Of a stretch of DNA of 64,000 nucleotides, positions 31,031-45,129 are shown in pieces. Source of the DNA: Mobula birostris (lineage: Eukaryota); the NCBI RefSeq assembly GCF_030028105.1, contig NC_092379.1:20499309-20563308 (forward strand), read 5' to 3'. The notes under the pieces are model-generated. The model saw only the letters and a list, made by a program, of their open reading frames with translations, made no database searches and was not told where the DNA came from. A program made the position numbers and the translations under genes. Every line of letters begins with the position of its first letter. The first letter of the stretch is position 1.

Positions 31031-34000
31031 ACGAAGTAGGGTTGAGATCTTTCATGTGGACTGAAAGACAGAGGGGAGGTGACCGGTGTGAAGAGGCGAG
31101 GGAAGGGGTAGAGCAGGTGGTGTCAGGTGATAGGGGCCGCCAGGTGAGCGGGTGTACAGGCGGATGGGGAATGGAATAGTGGCAAAAGGCTGAAGATAAT
31201 GGAATCTGATGGGAGAGGACGGTGGAGCATGAACTAAAGGGAGGGAGGTGCGGAGGGCAGAGGGGAGGAGTGGGGACGGGAACCAGTGGGATGAGTGTGT
31301 GGGTTGTGTCACGGACTGGTATGGAAACACCCTTGAATAGAAAAGCCTACAAAAATGCATGGATACAGACTAGATCATCACAGGTAAAGCCCTTGTTGTT
31401 ACTGTGAACGAAGTCACCAGAGAGACAGTGAAGCTGGTGGTGATAGAAGTCTTTATTCAGCAAAACAAGCAGCAGAGATCATACTCAGACAGTCTTGGAA
31501 GAAGAGGCCTGCCTGACCCAATATTACATGACATTTTTATATGCTAAATATGAAACGTAACAGCAGGACAATTCTGTAGTTACAATGTTACTTAGAATAC
31601 TCCCTTTGAATTACATATAGTTTTCAAATACCTCCATCTTCACATCCACACTCCATGCACATAAAATGAATGTTAATTCCCACTGACTGTGGACCACATT
31701 CATGCACAAGCAGGTATCTGAGGTCGAATTTATCTGAGGGCAAGGAGTTATAGTGAGAGGGACAGAGGGAGAAAAAAAAAGAGAGGAAAAAAATAAGTAA
31801 GTAAGAAATAAACAAACAAACAAATAAGGGATGGGAGGTGGGGCATTAACGGAAGTTAGAGAAGTCAATGTTCATGCAGGTTGGAGGCTACCCAGATGGA
31901 ACATAAGGTGCTGTTCCTCCAACCTGAGTGTGGCTTCATCTTGATAGTAAAGGAGGCCGTGGATAGACATATCAGAATGAGAATGGGACGTTGAATTAAA
32001 ATGTGTGGCCACTGGGAGATCCTGCTTTCTCTGGTGGACAGCCTTGCTTATCCTCTGGGCTCCCCTCCCCCTTTCTTTCTCCCTAGGCCTCATGTCCCCT
32101 GATCCTCTCCCTTCTTCGGCCTCGTATCCCTTTTGCCAATCAACTTTCCAGCTCTTAGCTCAATCCCTCCTCCTCCTGACTTCTCCTATCATTTCGGATC
32201 TCCCCCTCCCCCTCCCACTTTCAAATCTCTCACTATCTCTTCTTTCAGTTAGCCTTGACGAAGGGTCTCAGCCCGAAATGTCAACTGTACCTCTTCCTAT
32301 AGATGCTGCCTGGTCTGCTGCGTTCACCAGCACTTTTTGTGTGTGTTGCTTGAATTTCCAGCATCTGCAGGTTTCCTCGTCTTTCCGTGGTGTCTCAGGA
32401 AGGCAGCGTCCATTATTAAAGACCTTCAGCACCCAGGGCTTGCACTTTTCTCACTGTTATCATCAGGTAGGAGATACAGAAGCCTGAAGGCACACACTCA
32501 GCGATTCAGGAACAGCTTCTTCCACTCTGCCATCCGATTCCTAAATGGACATTGAAGCTTTGGACGCTACCTCACTTTTTCATATACAGTATTTCTGTTT
32601 TTGCGCATTTTTTAATAATCTATTCAATATACGTAATTGATTTACTTGTTTGTTTATTATGTTTTATTTTATTTATTATTATATTTTTCTCTCTCTGCTA
32701 GATTATGTATTGCACTGAACTGCTGCTGTGAAGATAACAAGTTTCACGTCACATGCTGGTGATAACAAACCCGATTCTGATTCTGATTCTGAACCGGAGG
32801 TGATCAGGGAGTTTAAGGTAAAGAACCCTTAGGAACAAGTGATCACAATGTGATTGAGTTCATCTTGAAATTGGATAGGGAGAAAGTAAAGTCTGACATA
32901 GCAATATTTCAGTGGAGTAAGGGAAATTACAGTGGTATGAGGAGTTCACCAAAGTAAATTGGAAGGTTCTGCGAGCAGGGATGTCAGCAGAGCAGCAATG
33001 CCATGTGTTTCTGGGAAAAATGAGGAAGGTGCAGGACATGTGTATTCCAAATATGAAGAAATACTGAAATGGTAAAATAGTACAACTGTGGCTGATGAGG
33101 GAATTCAAAGCTGATGTAAAAACAAAAGAGAGGGCATACAACAAAGCGAAATGATTGGGAAGACAGAGGATTGAGAAGTTTTTAAAAACCTACAGAGAAC
33201 AATGAAAAGAATCATTAGAAGGGAAAAGATAAAATATAAAAGCAAGCTAGCAGTAATATCAAAGTGGATAGCAAAAGCTTTTTCTAGTATGTAGAAATTA
33301 AAAGAGAAATGAGAGTGGATATAGGACCGCTACCAAATGAGGCAGGAGAAATAATAATGGGGAACAAGTAGATGGCAGGTGAATTAAATGAAAATTTTGC
33401 ATCAGTCTTCACTGTGGAAGACACCAGCAGTATGCCCGATGTTGTAGTGTGGGAAGGAAGAGAAGTGGGTGCTGTTTCTATTACAAGAGAGAAGGCTGAA
33501 GACCTAAAAGATCATAAGTCACCCAGACCAGAGAAACTGTACCCTGGCGTTCTGAAAGAGGGAGCATTAGAGATTGTGGTGGCAGTGGAAATGATCCTTC
33601 AAAAATCATTGGACTCTGGCATGGTGCCAGAGGACTGGAAAATTGCAAATGTCACTCCACTCTTTAAGAAAGGAGGAAGACAGCAGAAAGGAAATTATAG
33701 ACAAGTTAGCCTGACCTCAATGGTTGGGAAGATGTTCGAGTCAATTGTCAAGGATGAGGTGACGGAATACTCAGTGACCAAGGACAACATAGGACTAAGT
33801 CAGCGCGGTTTCCATCAGGGAAAACCCTGCCTGACGAACTTGTCGGAATTTTTTGAGGAGATTACAAGTAGGATGGATAAACGGGATGTAGTGGATTTCG
33901 TATATTTGGACTTTCAGAAGGCTTTTTACAAGGTGCCACACATGAGGCTGCTTAGCAAGTTAAGAGCCCATGGTATTTCAGGAATATTACTAGGATGGTT

Positions 34001-36542
34001 GGAGCATTGGCTGATTGGAAGAAGTCAGCGAGTGGGAATAAAAGTGGCCTGGGCTGGTTGGCTGCCAGTGACTAGTGGTGTTCCGCAGGGGTCAGTGTTG
34101 GGCCCACATTTTTTATGCTGTATATAAATGATTTAGATAATGAAATAGATGGCTTTGTTGCCAAGTTTGCAGATGACACAAAGACTGGTGGAGGAACAGG
34201 TAGTGTTGAGGAAACGGGTATGATGCAGAAGGACAGACGGTTTTGGAGAATGGGCGAGAAATGTCAAATGAAATATAGTACTGGAAAATGAATGATCATG
34301 CACTTTGGTAGTAGAAATAAATGTGTGGAGTATTTTCTAAACGGAGAAAATCCAAAAATCTGAGATAAAAGGAACTTGAAAGGCCTTTTGCAGAACACCC
34401 TATAACCATATAACAATTACAGCACGGAAACAGGCCATCTCGGTCCTTCTGGTCCATGCCGAATGCTTACTCTCACCTAGTCCCACCGACCTGCACTCAG
34501 CCCATAACCCTCCATTCCTTTCCTGTCCATATACCTATCCAATTTTGCTTTAAATGACAATATCGAACCTGCCTCTACCACTTCTACTGGAAGCTCATTC
34601 CACACAGCCACCACTCTCTGAGTAAAGAAGTTCCCCATCGTGTTACCCCTAAACTTTTGCCCCCTAACTCTCAACTCATGTCCTCTTGTTTGAATCTCTC
34701 CTACTCTCAATGGAAAAAGCTTATCCACGTTAACTCTATCTGTCCCACTCATAATCTTAAATACCTCTATCAAGTCCCCACTCAACCTTCTACGCTCCAA
34801 AGAATAAAGACCTAACTTGTTCAACCTTTCTTTGTAAATCAGGTGCTGAAACCCAGGTAACATTCTAGTAACTCTTCTCTGTACTCTACTCAGTGCTCTG
34901 ATTTATGAAGGCCAGCATACCAAAAGCTTTCTTCACCACCCTATCCACATGAGATTCTACCTTCAGGGAACTATGCACCATTATTCCTGGATCACTCTGT
35001 TCTACTGCATTCTTCAATGCTGTACCATTTACCATGTATGCCCCATTTTGATTACTCCTATCAAAATATAAAGGTTAACTTTCAAGCAAGTCAAGTCAAA
35101 TCGTCACTTTTTATTGTCATTTCGACCATAACTGCTGGTACAGTACACAGTGAAAACAAGACAACGTTTTTCAGGACCATGGTGCTACATGAAACAATAC
35201 AAAAACCACACTGAACCTACATAAAACAACACAAAAACTACACTAGACTACAGATCTACCCAGGACTGCATAAAATGCAGAAAACAGTGCAGGCATTACA
35301 ATAAATAATAAACAAGACAATAGGCACAGTAGAGGGCAGTAGGTTGGTGTCAGTCCAGGCTCTGGGTATTGAGGAGTCTGATGGTTTGGGGGAAGAAACT
35401 GTTACATAGTCTGGTCGTGAGAGCCTGAACGCTTCGTTGCCTTTTGCCAGATTGCAGAAGGGAGAAGAGTTTGTATGAGGGGTGCGTGTGGTCCTTCATA
35501 ATGCTGTTTGCTTTACGGATGCAGCGTGTGGTGTAAATGTCTGTATTGGCGGGAAGAGAGACCCCGATGTCCTGAAAACTGTGCCCCCTGGTAGGTGATG
35601 GGTGGAAGTGACAAAAGGCTGAATATAATAGAATCTGATGGAAGATGAAGTGAGGCCTCAACAGTGTTTTATAAAGTCTCAACATTATATCCTTGTTTTA
35701 ATATTCCAGTCCTCTGGAAATGAATGCTAACATCACATTTGCCTTCCTCACCACAGACTCAACCTGCAAATTAACCTTTAGAGAATCCTGCTCAAGGGCT
35801 CTCTAATTCCTTTGTGCCTCAGAGTTTTGTATTTTCTGTCCACCTGGTCAAGAGTTAAAGCTTTAATTTCTTCTACCAAAGAGCATGACCATGTATTTGC
35901 TGACATTGTATTCCATCTGTCAGTTCTTTGCCCAGTCTGCATCTGCTGAAGTCTTTCTGTAGCCTCCCTAAAAAAAAACTACCTGCCCCTCCCCGATGAC
36001 AAACTCGCCAATAATTTCCTTTCTCTCTCTCTCTCTCTCCCTTCTTGAAGAGTGGAGTGACATTTGCAATTTTCCGGTCCTCCATTCCAGAATCCAGTGC
36101 TTCTTGAAAGATCATTACTAATGCCTCTATATTGTCTTCAGCCACCTCTTTCTGAATGTTGTGGTGTACACCATCTGCTCCAGGTGACTCATCTCCCTCA
36201 GTTTCTCAAGAATCTTCTCCATGGTAATGGTAGCACACTTCATGACCCCTGACACCTGGAACTTCTACCATGCTGATTGTGTCTTCCACAGTGAAGACTG
36301 ATGAAATGTATTTATTCAGTTCTTCGGCCATTTCCTTGTCCCTCATTACCACCCTCCCAGCATCGTTTTCCAGTGGGCCAATATGACCTCTCACCTCTCT
36401 TTTACACTTCATATATCTGAAGAGACTGTTGGTATCCTCATTAATATTATTGGCTAGCTTACTTTCGTATTCCACCTTTAACTTCTTACAGACTTTTTCA
36501 GTTAACTTATGCTGGTTCTCAAAAGCTTCCCAGTCCTCCAAC

Positions 36543-37684
36543 TGTCATGGTCTTGTCCGTGAAGTCCACATTCCGGTTCATTGTCCGGTCCTTCGATCCA
36601 TATTCCGGGTTTTCCCTGTTTTCCCAGGTTCTATTGGGTGCCTTAATTGAGGCATCTGATTCTCGTTTTTGGCTGGCACATAAATACCTCTCAAACCAAG
36701 AATTCTCTGCTGGGCTGTTCCCTTCCCCTTCCTTCTGAAGCCCTGCCTGCATCCCCGTCAAGTTCAACTGCCAGAGTGAGACCGGAGCCTTGCCATGCCA
36801 AGATAAGGAACTATTTATTGTTGAGTTTGGAACTATCTCTTTGTGTCCCTGTGTTTAGTGTCTGTGTCAAAGAAGAGTCCTGGCCCTAGCTCCTGTTCCC
36901 AAGGAGGGGTCCTGACTCTGTGTAAAGTCCCGGCCCTAAGTCCTGTTCCCAAGGAGGTGTCCTGGCTCTGTGTTCTGTGTTCCAGGCGCTGTGTTCCAGT
37001 CCTGTCCAAGTCAAGGCTTTGTGTTCTCATCCAGTCCAGGAGTCCCTTGGCAGTTTACCTCGGCAGTTCCCTCGGCAAGTGTCCTCAGCAGAAAGGGTCC
37101 TGGCCCCGCGTCCCAGAAAGGGTCCCGGCCCCGCGTCCCAGAGCCTAACAAAGCCGAGTCCAAGAGCCGAGCCAGACCTAGTCCAAGAGCCACGTCCTGC
37201 CCTGGAGTATCTCAAGTCCAAGGCTCTGAGCGTCCAGTTCAAGTCCAAGGCTCTGTGTTCCAAGACCAAGCCTCGTCCAAATCTGAGCTTCGTGCCCTCA
37301 TCTAGTCCTGGTTCCTCGGCTAGCCCAGGGGTTCCTCGTCCTGTCCTGTAGCCATGTCCTGTCCTTGCCAAGATCTTAATCCCGAGTCCTAGCCCAGACC
37401 CGGGTTCCGGTTCTGAGTCCGAGTCCAAACCAAGACCCAGGTTCCGGGTCCTTGTCCAGGTTCTGGTTCCAGAGTTCCATGTTCCTAGTCCAGGCTGCTC
37501 GTGCCTAGTTCCCTGTCCGGGTCCTGTGTTTCTAGTCCAAGTCCTAGCCTAGGCCCTGAATCCTAGTCTCATCCAGGGCCTGTGTCAATGTCCAGTGTTG
37601 TTTCTTCCTTACTTACCTTCCTATCTCGATAAACCTAGTCTCTGTCTTGCTTTTGGGTCCACCATCCATGCCCAGCTTATAACA
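36543..37684 (+). mobile_element. Solo LTR, paralog of 11321-12414
   Basis: TGTCA..TAACA termini; TSD CCAAC/CTAAC; extra 25-bp tandem unit at ~37088-37138. Confidence 0.88.
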
Positions 37685-38352
37685 CTAACTTCTCAATAAT
37701 TTCTGCTCAGTTATATGCCCTCTCTTTGGCTTTATGTTGGCCTTGACTTTCCTTCTTCGGCATGGCTGAGTCATCTTGCCTTTAGAATACTTTTTCCTTT
37801 TTGGAATGTATAGATCTTTTGCCCTCTGAATTGCTTCCAGAAATTCCAGCTATTGTTGCTCGACCATCATCCCTGCCAGTGTTCTTTTCCAATCCATTAT
37901 AGCAATCAACTCCTCTCTCATGCCTCTATAACTTCCTTTGCTCCACTGTAATAATGATACATCTAACTTTAGCTTCTTCTTCTCAGATTTCACTAATCAA
38001 TTCCAGTTCATTGTAGAATACCCAATACAGAATAGTCAATCTGCCTGCAAGGATATGGGACCTCTCAGGCTCAGGCGTAACCTATCTCTTTTGTACGTGT
38101 TATATCTTCCCCAGAAGAGGTCCTGATAATCCATAAATCTGAACCCATGCCTCCTGCACCAGTTCCTGAGCCAGACATTCACCTGCAAATCAGCCTATTC
38201 TTACCCTCATTGACATGTGGCTCAGGCAGCAATCCAATGAGTACTACCCTGGAGGTTCTGTTCCTCAGCTTTGTACCTTGCTTCCTAATATCTCTCTTTG
38301 GGACCACCTCACCTTATCTACCTATGTCATTTGTGCCAATATGTACAAAGAC

Positions 38353-41270
38353 TGTGACGAGAGTCCTTGATGTGGATGGTTTGGACTCAATTGCTGGGGT
38401 ATCTTTGTGCCCAAAACATCGTTACCAATTAGCAGGACCATCCAGAGTCCTTAAAGGGGCTGCACCAGCTATCTGCACTGCGAAGAGTCAGAGTCGAAAT
38501 TACGGAAGCAGGGACTGTTGGGGGTGCCTCGTAACAGGACCTATTATGTACACTGATTCCTGCCGACCCTGGCTACTTGGAGAGGCAGTGATGAGAGTTG
38601 TGGAAGAGAGCAGGATCTCAGATATCTCTATCAGGCACCCAGCACCTCTCCTGGAGTCCGAATAATTCCCAGTCCATGAGGTATTGTCAAATACCCAGAG
38701 CAGTACGCAAGTACAAAAGTCTTCTCACCGGGGCAGCGGGGCTCATGGTGGTGGGGCTAAGGGGCTGATGCAGACAGGTTTTAATTTAGAGATTTGGAAG
38801 GTGGGATTGATCTTTGGAGTTTTGGGGAGCTGCAAAGTTTCTCTTGTCCTAATCCATTTCTGCTTGCAGCGTTGGATGAAATCTTCAGCCTCAGGGACCC
38901 CGACCTCTGCCTCCTTGTATGTAAAGAGAGGCAGAGGATAACCAAACTCACTTGAACGGTGACAACCCATGCGCTGAATGCTGTAAGGTGTTGTAACGGC
39001 CCACATCAATGGTCTATATTCATGAGTGGTAGGGGATAGTGATTTCTGACCATCATGCAGTTGAATTCCCTATAATTAATGCATCGTTGCAGGCTCCCAT
39101 CGTTCTTTTGTGCAAAGAAGAAGCCTGTGCCAGCAGGTGTGGTGGAGGGCTGAATGAAGCCTGTGGCAAGAGCCCCCTTGATATACTCTTCCATTACACT
39201 TCTCTCTGGGCCCAAGAGCACATACAATCAACCCCTTGGGGGACAGGTACCGGGCAGCAGGTCTATCGCACAGTTGTGGGGTTGGTGTGGTGGAAGAGTT
39301 GATGCCTTTCCCTTGCTGAAGACCTCCTCCAGGTCCTTGTAGATGGAAGCACTTTCGACAGGTTTGGGTGTGCTAACCCCTCGGGACCTTCTTTCGAGGA
39401 TGACCCCTTTGTTTTTTTAGGTGACAGGGTGACTCAACCAACCTCAGAGTCTGCTCCCTGGGCTCATGAAGCTCATTTGTGGAAACAGGCCAAATTAGAG
39501 TCTAAATCCCAATCGAAATCCTCAGGCGACGGCAGCAAGACTTTACTGAGGGTACGTTCCCTCCAGCAAATAGGCTTCAAAGCTCGGCATAATGGAGTCT
39601 GTTCCATTACTTGAGACCTGGTGGCTGTGTTCTTAAGCTTAGCTGCAAGTTCCCCAGAATGTTGGGGCGTCTCTTTGGTCCTCTCTTCCACATGATCCCA
39701 TATCCTCATCTTCAAATCCACAGTGTGTTGCTGGATCCGCCTGGAACCGAGTGGGCAACCGTACAAGACAGTTACAGGCATGGGTTGGCTCGACTTTTGC
39801 AGCGGGAGATAAGTTACAGAACCTGGGCTTGTGTACCTCCCTCTGCAATTAGATGCTCAACTTCTTAACTGGAAGACCAATCTGTGCAGATTGACAATAA
39901 TGTCTCCTCCTCGCTGATGATCAACACTGGGGCACCTCAGGGGTGTGTGCTTAGCTCACTGCTCTACCCTCTCTATACCCATGACTGTGGCTCAGCATTG
40001 CTCAAATACCATCCATAAATTTGCTGATGATACAACCATTGTATTGTTGGTAGAATCTCAGATGGAGGTGAGGGGGCGTACAGGAGCGAGATACACCAAC
40101 CAGGGGAGTGGTGTCACAGCAACAACCTTGCACTCAACATCAGTAAGATGAAAAAGCTGATTGTGGACTTCAGGAAGGGTAAGACGTAGGAACACATACC
40201 AATCCGCATAGAGGGAGCAGAAGTGGAGAGACTGAGCAGTTTCAAGTTCCTGACTGTCAAGATCTCTGAGGATCTAACCTGGTCCCAACATATTGGTGCA
40301 GTTACAATGAAGGCAATACAGTGAATATACTTGAAGAGATTTTGTCTGAAGAGATTTACTTGAAGAGTTTGAAGAGATTTGGTCTGTCAACAAGAACACT
40401 CAGAAACTTCTATTGATGTACTGTGGAGAGCAGTCTGACAGACTGTATCACTGTCTGGTATTGGGGGGAGTACTGCACCGGACCGAAAGAAGGGTTGTAA
40501 ATTTAGTCAGCTCCAACTTGGGTACGAGCCTACAAAGCACCCAGGACATCTTCAATGAGCGGTGTCTCAGAAAGACAGCATCCATTATTAAGGACATTCA
40601 GCACCCAGGGCATTCCTTTTTCTCACTTTTACCATCAGGTGGGAGGTGCAGAAGCCTGAAGGCTCACACTCAGCGATTCAGGAACAGCTTCTTCTCCTCT
40701 ACCATCCAATTCCTAAATGGCCATTGAACCCTCGAACACTCCCTCACTTGGTTAATATATATTATTTCTGTTTTTGCATGATTTTTAATCTATTCAATGT
40801 ACACATACTGAAATTTATTTATTTATTATGACCCGGATCTGGGCCGTACCCTCCAAATATCCGGTCCTGCCTCTCGTTTTTTTTGCACTACCTTACTTTC
40901 CATTTTCTATTTTCTATTCATGATTTATAATTTCAATTTTTAAAATTTACTATCAATTTGTACTCCAGGGAGCGGAAGCGCAGAATCAAATATCACTGTG
41001 ATGATTGTGTGTTCTAGTATCAATTGTTTGGTGACAATAAAGTATAAAGTAATTATTTTTTCTTTTATATTATGTATTGCATTGAACTGCTGCTGCTAAG
41101 TCAACAAATTTCACAACACATGCCGGTGATAATAAACCTGATTCTATTTCTGATTCTGGATGTCGAACTGACCGATGAATCAATGGGACTGGGAGTAGAG
41201 ACTGATACCGTCACAGTCCTCCCGATACTGGACGGTCCTAGTAGTCCTGATAGTTACAGCCTGGGACATT
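38353..41270 (-). mobile_element. Deleted Sushi-like (chromovirus-type) Gypsy element with a ~184-bp 3' LTR at 38353-38536
   Basis: [31 protein letters not shown]; GFIQPSTTPAGTGFFFAQKNDGSL (RT start); INPTFQISKLKP (integrase C-terminus); LTR TGTTAC..GTCACA. Confidence 0.85.
39853..41158 (+). mobile_element. Rex1-type LINE inserted in the Gypsy; a second LINE/SINE tail is nested at ~40828-41050
   Basis: NTGAPQGCVLS.., KFADDTTI, RSLKAHTQRFRNSFF; GATTCT-like tail. Confidence 0.85.
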
Positions 41271-41629
41271 CAATCATGCCCACAGAACCTTGTCTCTGTC
41301 CTGCTGTCTGAGGAATCTCCTATCATCACTGCATTCCAGTTCCTGAATACATTCTCTCAGTTGCTGCAACTCGGTGCACCTGGAGCGGATGTGTTCACCT
41401 GGGAGACTGGAGTCTCCCAGACTTCCCACATCCCACACAGAGTGCAAAACACTGCCCCTGGAGCCATTCCTACTAAACTACTATGCCCTAATAGATGAGG
41501 AATGAACTAATGGGAACAGAAAGAGAGAAACCTTATGGTCTTATGGAAGGTGGAGCAGGACTAAACAGAGGAAATCCATGAGACATAATCTCTCACACAC
41601 AGAGCCTTGCTCACTAATCCTAATCTACC

Positions 41630-43860
41630 CCAAGGCCATTTGGCCCATCGAGTCATTTTATCATGGCTGATCCATTTTCCCTCTCAGCCCCAATTGTCTG
41701 TCTGCTACCCATATCTCTTCATACCCTGATTAATCAAGAATCTATCAACCTCTACCTTGAATATGCCAAGACTTGGCCTCCGCAGCCACCTGTGGCAGTG
41801 AATTCATCTTCTAAAATAAACCCCTCTATTCCAAGGCTGTGCCATCTGGTCTTAGACTCTCCAGTCATGGGAAACATCCTCTCCACATCCACTCTTAACA
41901 TGGCTATTCAACATTTGATCGGTTTCAATAAGGTCACCCTTCATTCTTCTGAATTCCAGTGAGCACGTGAAATGCTCTCCACATGACGAGCCTTTCAATC
42001 CCAGAATCATTTTTGAGAATCTCCTTTGAACTCCCCACAATGTCAGCACATTTTTTCTCAGATAAGGGGCCCAAAATTGCTCACAGTACTCCGTTAGGCC
42101 TCACCAGTGCTTTGTAAAGCCTCAACATTACATCCTTGCTTTTATCTTGTAGTCCTCTTCAAATGAATGCTGACATCACTTTTGCCTTCCTCACCACCCA
42201 CTCAACCTGCAAATTAACCTTTAGGGAAGCCCACACAATGACTCCCAAGTTCATTTGCACCTCAGATTTTTGAATTTTCTGTCCATTTAGAAAATTGTCT
42301 TTCCTTTTTATTTCTTCTACCAAAGTGCATGACCGTACAATTCCGAACATTGTATTCCATCTGCCAGTTCATTGCCCATTCTACCAATCTGGCTTCGTCC
42401 TTCTGTAGCCTCTCTACCTCCTCAAAACTACCTGCCCCTCCACCCATCTTGTATCATGTGCAAACATTGCAACAAAGCCACCAATCCTGTCATCCAAGAC
42501 TTTGACATTTTATGTTAAAGGGAGCAGTCCCACCACTGGTCACCAGCAGCCAAACAGAAAAGGCTCCCTTTATTCCCATTCTTTTCCTCTTGCCACTTCA
42601 TCCCTGCTACTGTCTTTCATGTAATACCATGAGCTGTTAACTTGTTAAGCAGCCTCATGTACTGCACATTGTCAAAGGCCTTCTGAAGATCCAAGTACAC
42701 AATATCCACCAATTCTCCTTTGTCTGTTCTACTTGATATTTCTTCAAAGAATTCCAACAGATTTCTATGGCAAGGTGTTCCTTGAGAAAACCATGCTGAC
42801 TACAGCCGATTTTATCGTGTGCCTCCAAGTATCCGGAAACCACAACCTTAGCAATCGACTCCAACTTCTTCCCAACCCCTGAGGTCAGAATAACTAGCCT
42901 ACAATTTCCTTTCTTCTGCCTCTTTCCTTCTTGAAAAGCGACGTGACATTTGGAATTTTCCAGTCTTCCAGAACCATTCCAGAATCTAGTGTTTTGTGAA
43001 AGATCATTACTAATGCCTCCACAGTCTCTTCAGCCTAGTAATGGATGCATTACCCACTCCTGCCCCCGACACTCTCGAAGTTCTACCATACTGCTCGTGC
43101 CTTCCACAGTGAAGACTGATGGAAAATACTTGTTCAGTTTGTCCATCATTTCCTTGTCCCCTATGACTACCTCTCCATCATCGTTTTCCAGTGGTCTGAT
43201 ATCCATTCTCGCCTCTCTTTTACACTTTATGTATCTGCAGAATCTTTTGGTAACCTCTTCAATATTATTGGCTAACTTACTTTTGTATTCGATGTTTTGC
43301 CTCTTTGTTTTTGTAAATTGCCTTCTGATGTTTTTAAAATCTTCCCATTCTAATTTCTCACCAACTTTTGCTCTGTTATATCAACTTCCGACCATAGATA
43401 TTGGGTTTGCTCATCTATAGTTCCCAACATTTTATTTTTAATTGTAACCCTTCTTGAATTGCTGAACTGAACTGAATTCCTGCTCCCTGTGCAAGGTTTC
43501 AGCAATGTTCTAATCTATGATAAGTTCAATTTTTAACCTCACCTGCACATGGTACTGAGAATAATCCAGAGATTACCACTGTTGGGGTCTTCCATTTTAA
43601 CACATTTTCTTTCTCCCTATATTCACTGCACAGCAGTACATCCATTTTTTCTTCCAATTGTCATTTGATCCAATGTGTGCAACCACTTCTGTTTGCTCAC
43701 CCTCCTCACTGAGAATGTTCTGCAATCGCTCTGAGACATCCTCATCTGAATAATACTCTATTTGTAATTCCTCATCTCACCTACCCAGCTGATCAAGATC
43801 CCACTGTAATTGTTGCTAACCTTCTTCACTCCCTACAATACCATCTGTTTCAGTGTCAGC
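41630..43860 (-). mobile_element. Old CR1 remnant (ORF2 plus ORF1 end)
   Basis: YLEAHDKIG.SQHGFLK, QKSEVQMNLGVIV, RRMKGDLIET. Confidence 0.8.
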
Positions 43861-45129
43861 TGTCATCTAATACTCAGGAATATGGGATCGATTCCCATCA
43901 ATGAGAGGCTTCCTTCATCCAGGTAACAGCAATCATTTGGATGAGATTGAAAGGAATAATTCTCAGTCCGTCTCTGTGGGAATGCCCCCAAATGCAGTAT
44001 TGTGCAAAAATATACTTGGATTAGATTTTGGAGAGCCACAAAGTCGTGGAGATTCCCAGTGTCTGGAACACAGGGTGCAGAGCAGGAAGTGAGGAACATG
44101 GCACAGATTTGGATATTAGTCTGGTAGCCAGGCCTTGGAGAGTCTCTCCCTCTTACACTGTGATCTCTCTGTCCTTGTCCTTCCTGCTTCTCTCTCTCTC
44201 CTTCCACCTTCCCTTAGCTCATTTCAAACTTTTCAAACCTCCAATCTGCTGCCTCATTTCTCCCTCCCACTCCACAGAGCACAGGGTCAGATGCTGGCTC
44301 TGACAAGCTGCCTGCACTTTGTACAAACAGACTGTCGGAGCCATTAGCTGAGAGAGAGAGATGCAGAGACACAAACAGGAAGCAGAAGGCAATGCTGTTA
44401 CAGTGAGCAGTGAAGGGTGTAAGATATGCTGGAGGACTGGCAGCACGAAATCAGGGAGGGAAAGAAGGAGTGGGCAGGTCAGTGTTGGGAACTGACATTC
44501 CCAGAGGGGAGCAGAGGCCAGTGACAAGGTAAGGTCCTCAGTTGTTGCACATCCTGGCTTTCTAGTTGGCTGGAGCGTGAGACTGGGAGGGAGACTGGTT
44601 GCTGAGCAAAACATATGGAATCAAGAAGCTGAGTTTGTGACGTAGATAGCTGAGTTCAGGTCACATCACGGCCGCGGGGATGTTTAAAGTCAGTTGATTA
44701 AACATGTAACTGTGACTTAATTCTTAATTAAATTTGGAGCTGGTCCCAAGTCATCTCCTTTTCCTGCAATAACGTCCCCAGTATCTGATTCAGTGCCATG
44801 CACCCTCATGACCTGCTCTGCACTCCAGGTTATGGGCACAGGGAAACTCCTACAACCCGTGATCTTGGGTGCAGTTTCTAAAATCTGCTCCGTATATTTC
44901 CCCATATGACTGAACATGGTGCATCCCTGAGATGTGGGGTTTGGAATCTGAGTCTCGGATTCTTCCAAATAACTGATTTTAAGTTATTTCTCACACGTGG
45001 GAATCACAACCTTCCCTAAAGTCAATCGTGCATTCCCAATCTCTGTCGTATTCCCTCATGAACTAAGTTGAGAATTAAGCACAATTTCTGGTTCTGTGGA
45101 GGGGTATTTTCCCCAATGTCTTGTTGTTC

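Larger units (their letters stand above)
25871..37794 (+). repeat. Segmental duplication, copy 2
   Basis: Collinear with 1-12524; carries its own insertions (27640, 27963) and deletions (~34890, 35569). Confidence 0.95.
35645..41560 (-). mobile_element. Fragmented CR1 (ORF2 remnant to ORF1 and 5' region) hosting a solo LTR, a Gypsy and a Rex element
   Basis: ORF1 esterase VFVHIGTNDIG at ~38330-38352; zinc-finger start MAPGAVFCTLCGMWEV at ~41420-41468. Confidence 0.75.

Noticed and set aside
42060-43400. Fourth paralog of the duplicated CR1
   Set aside because: Same family, but it retains more 3' sequence and lacks neighbouring X or Gypsy, so it is more likely an independent insertion
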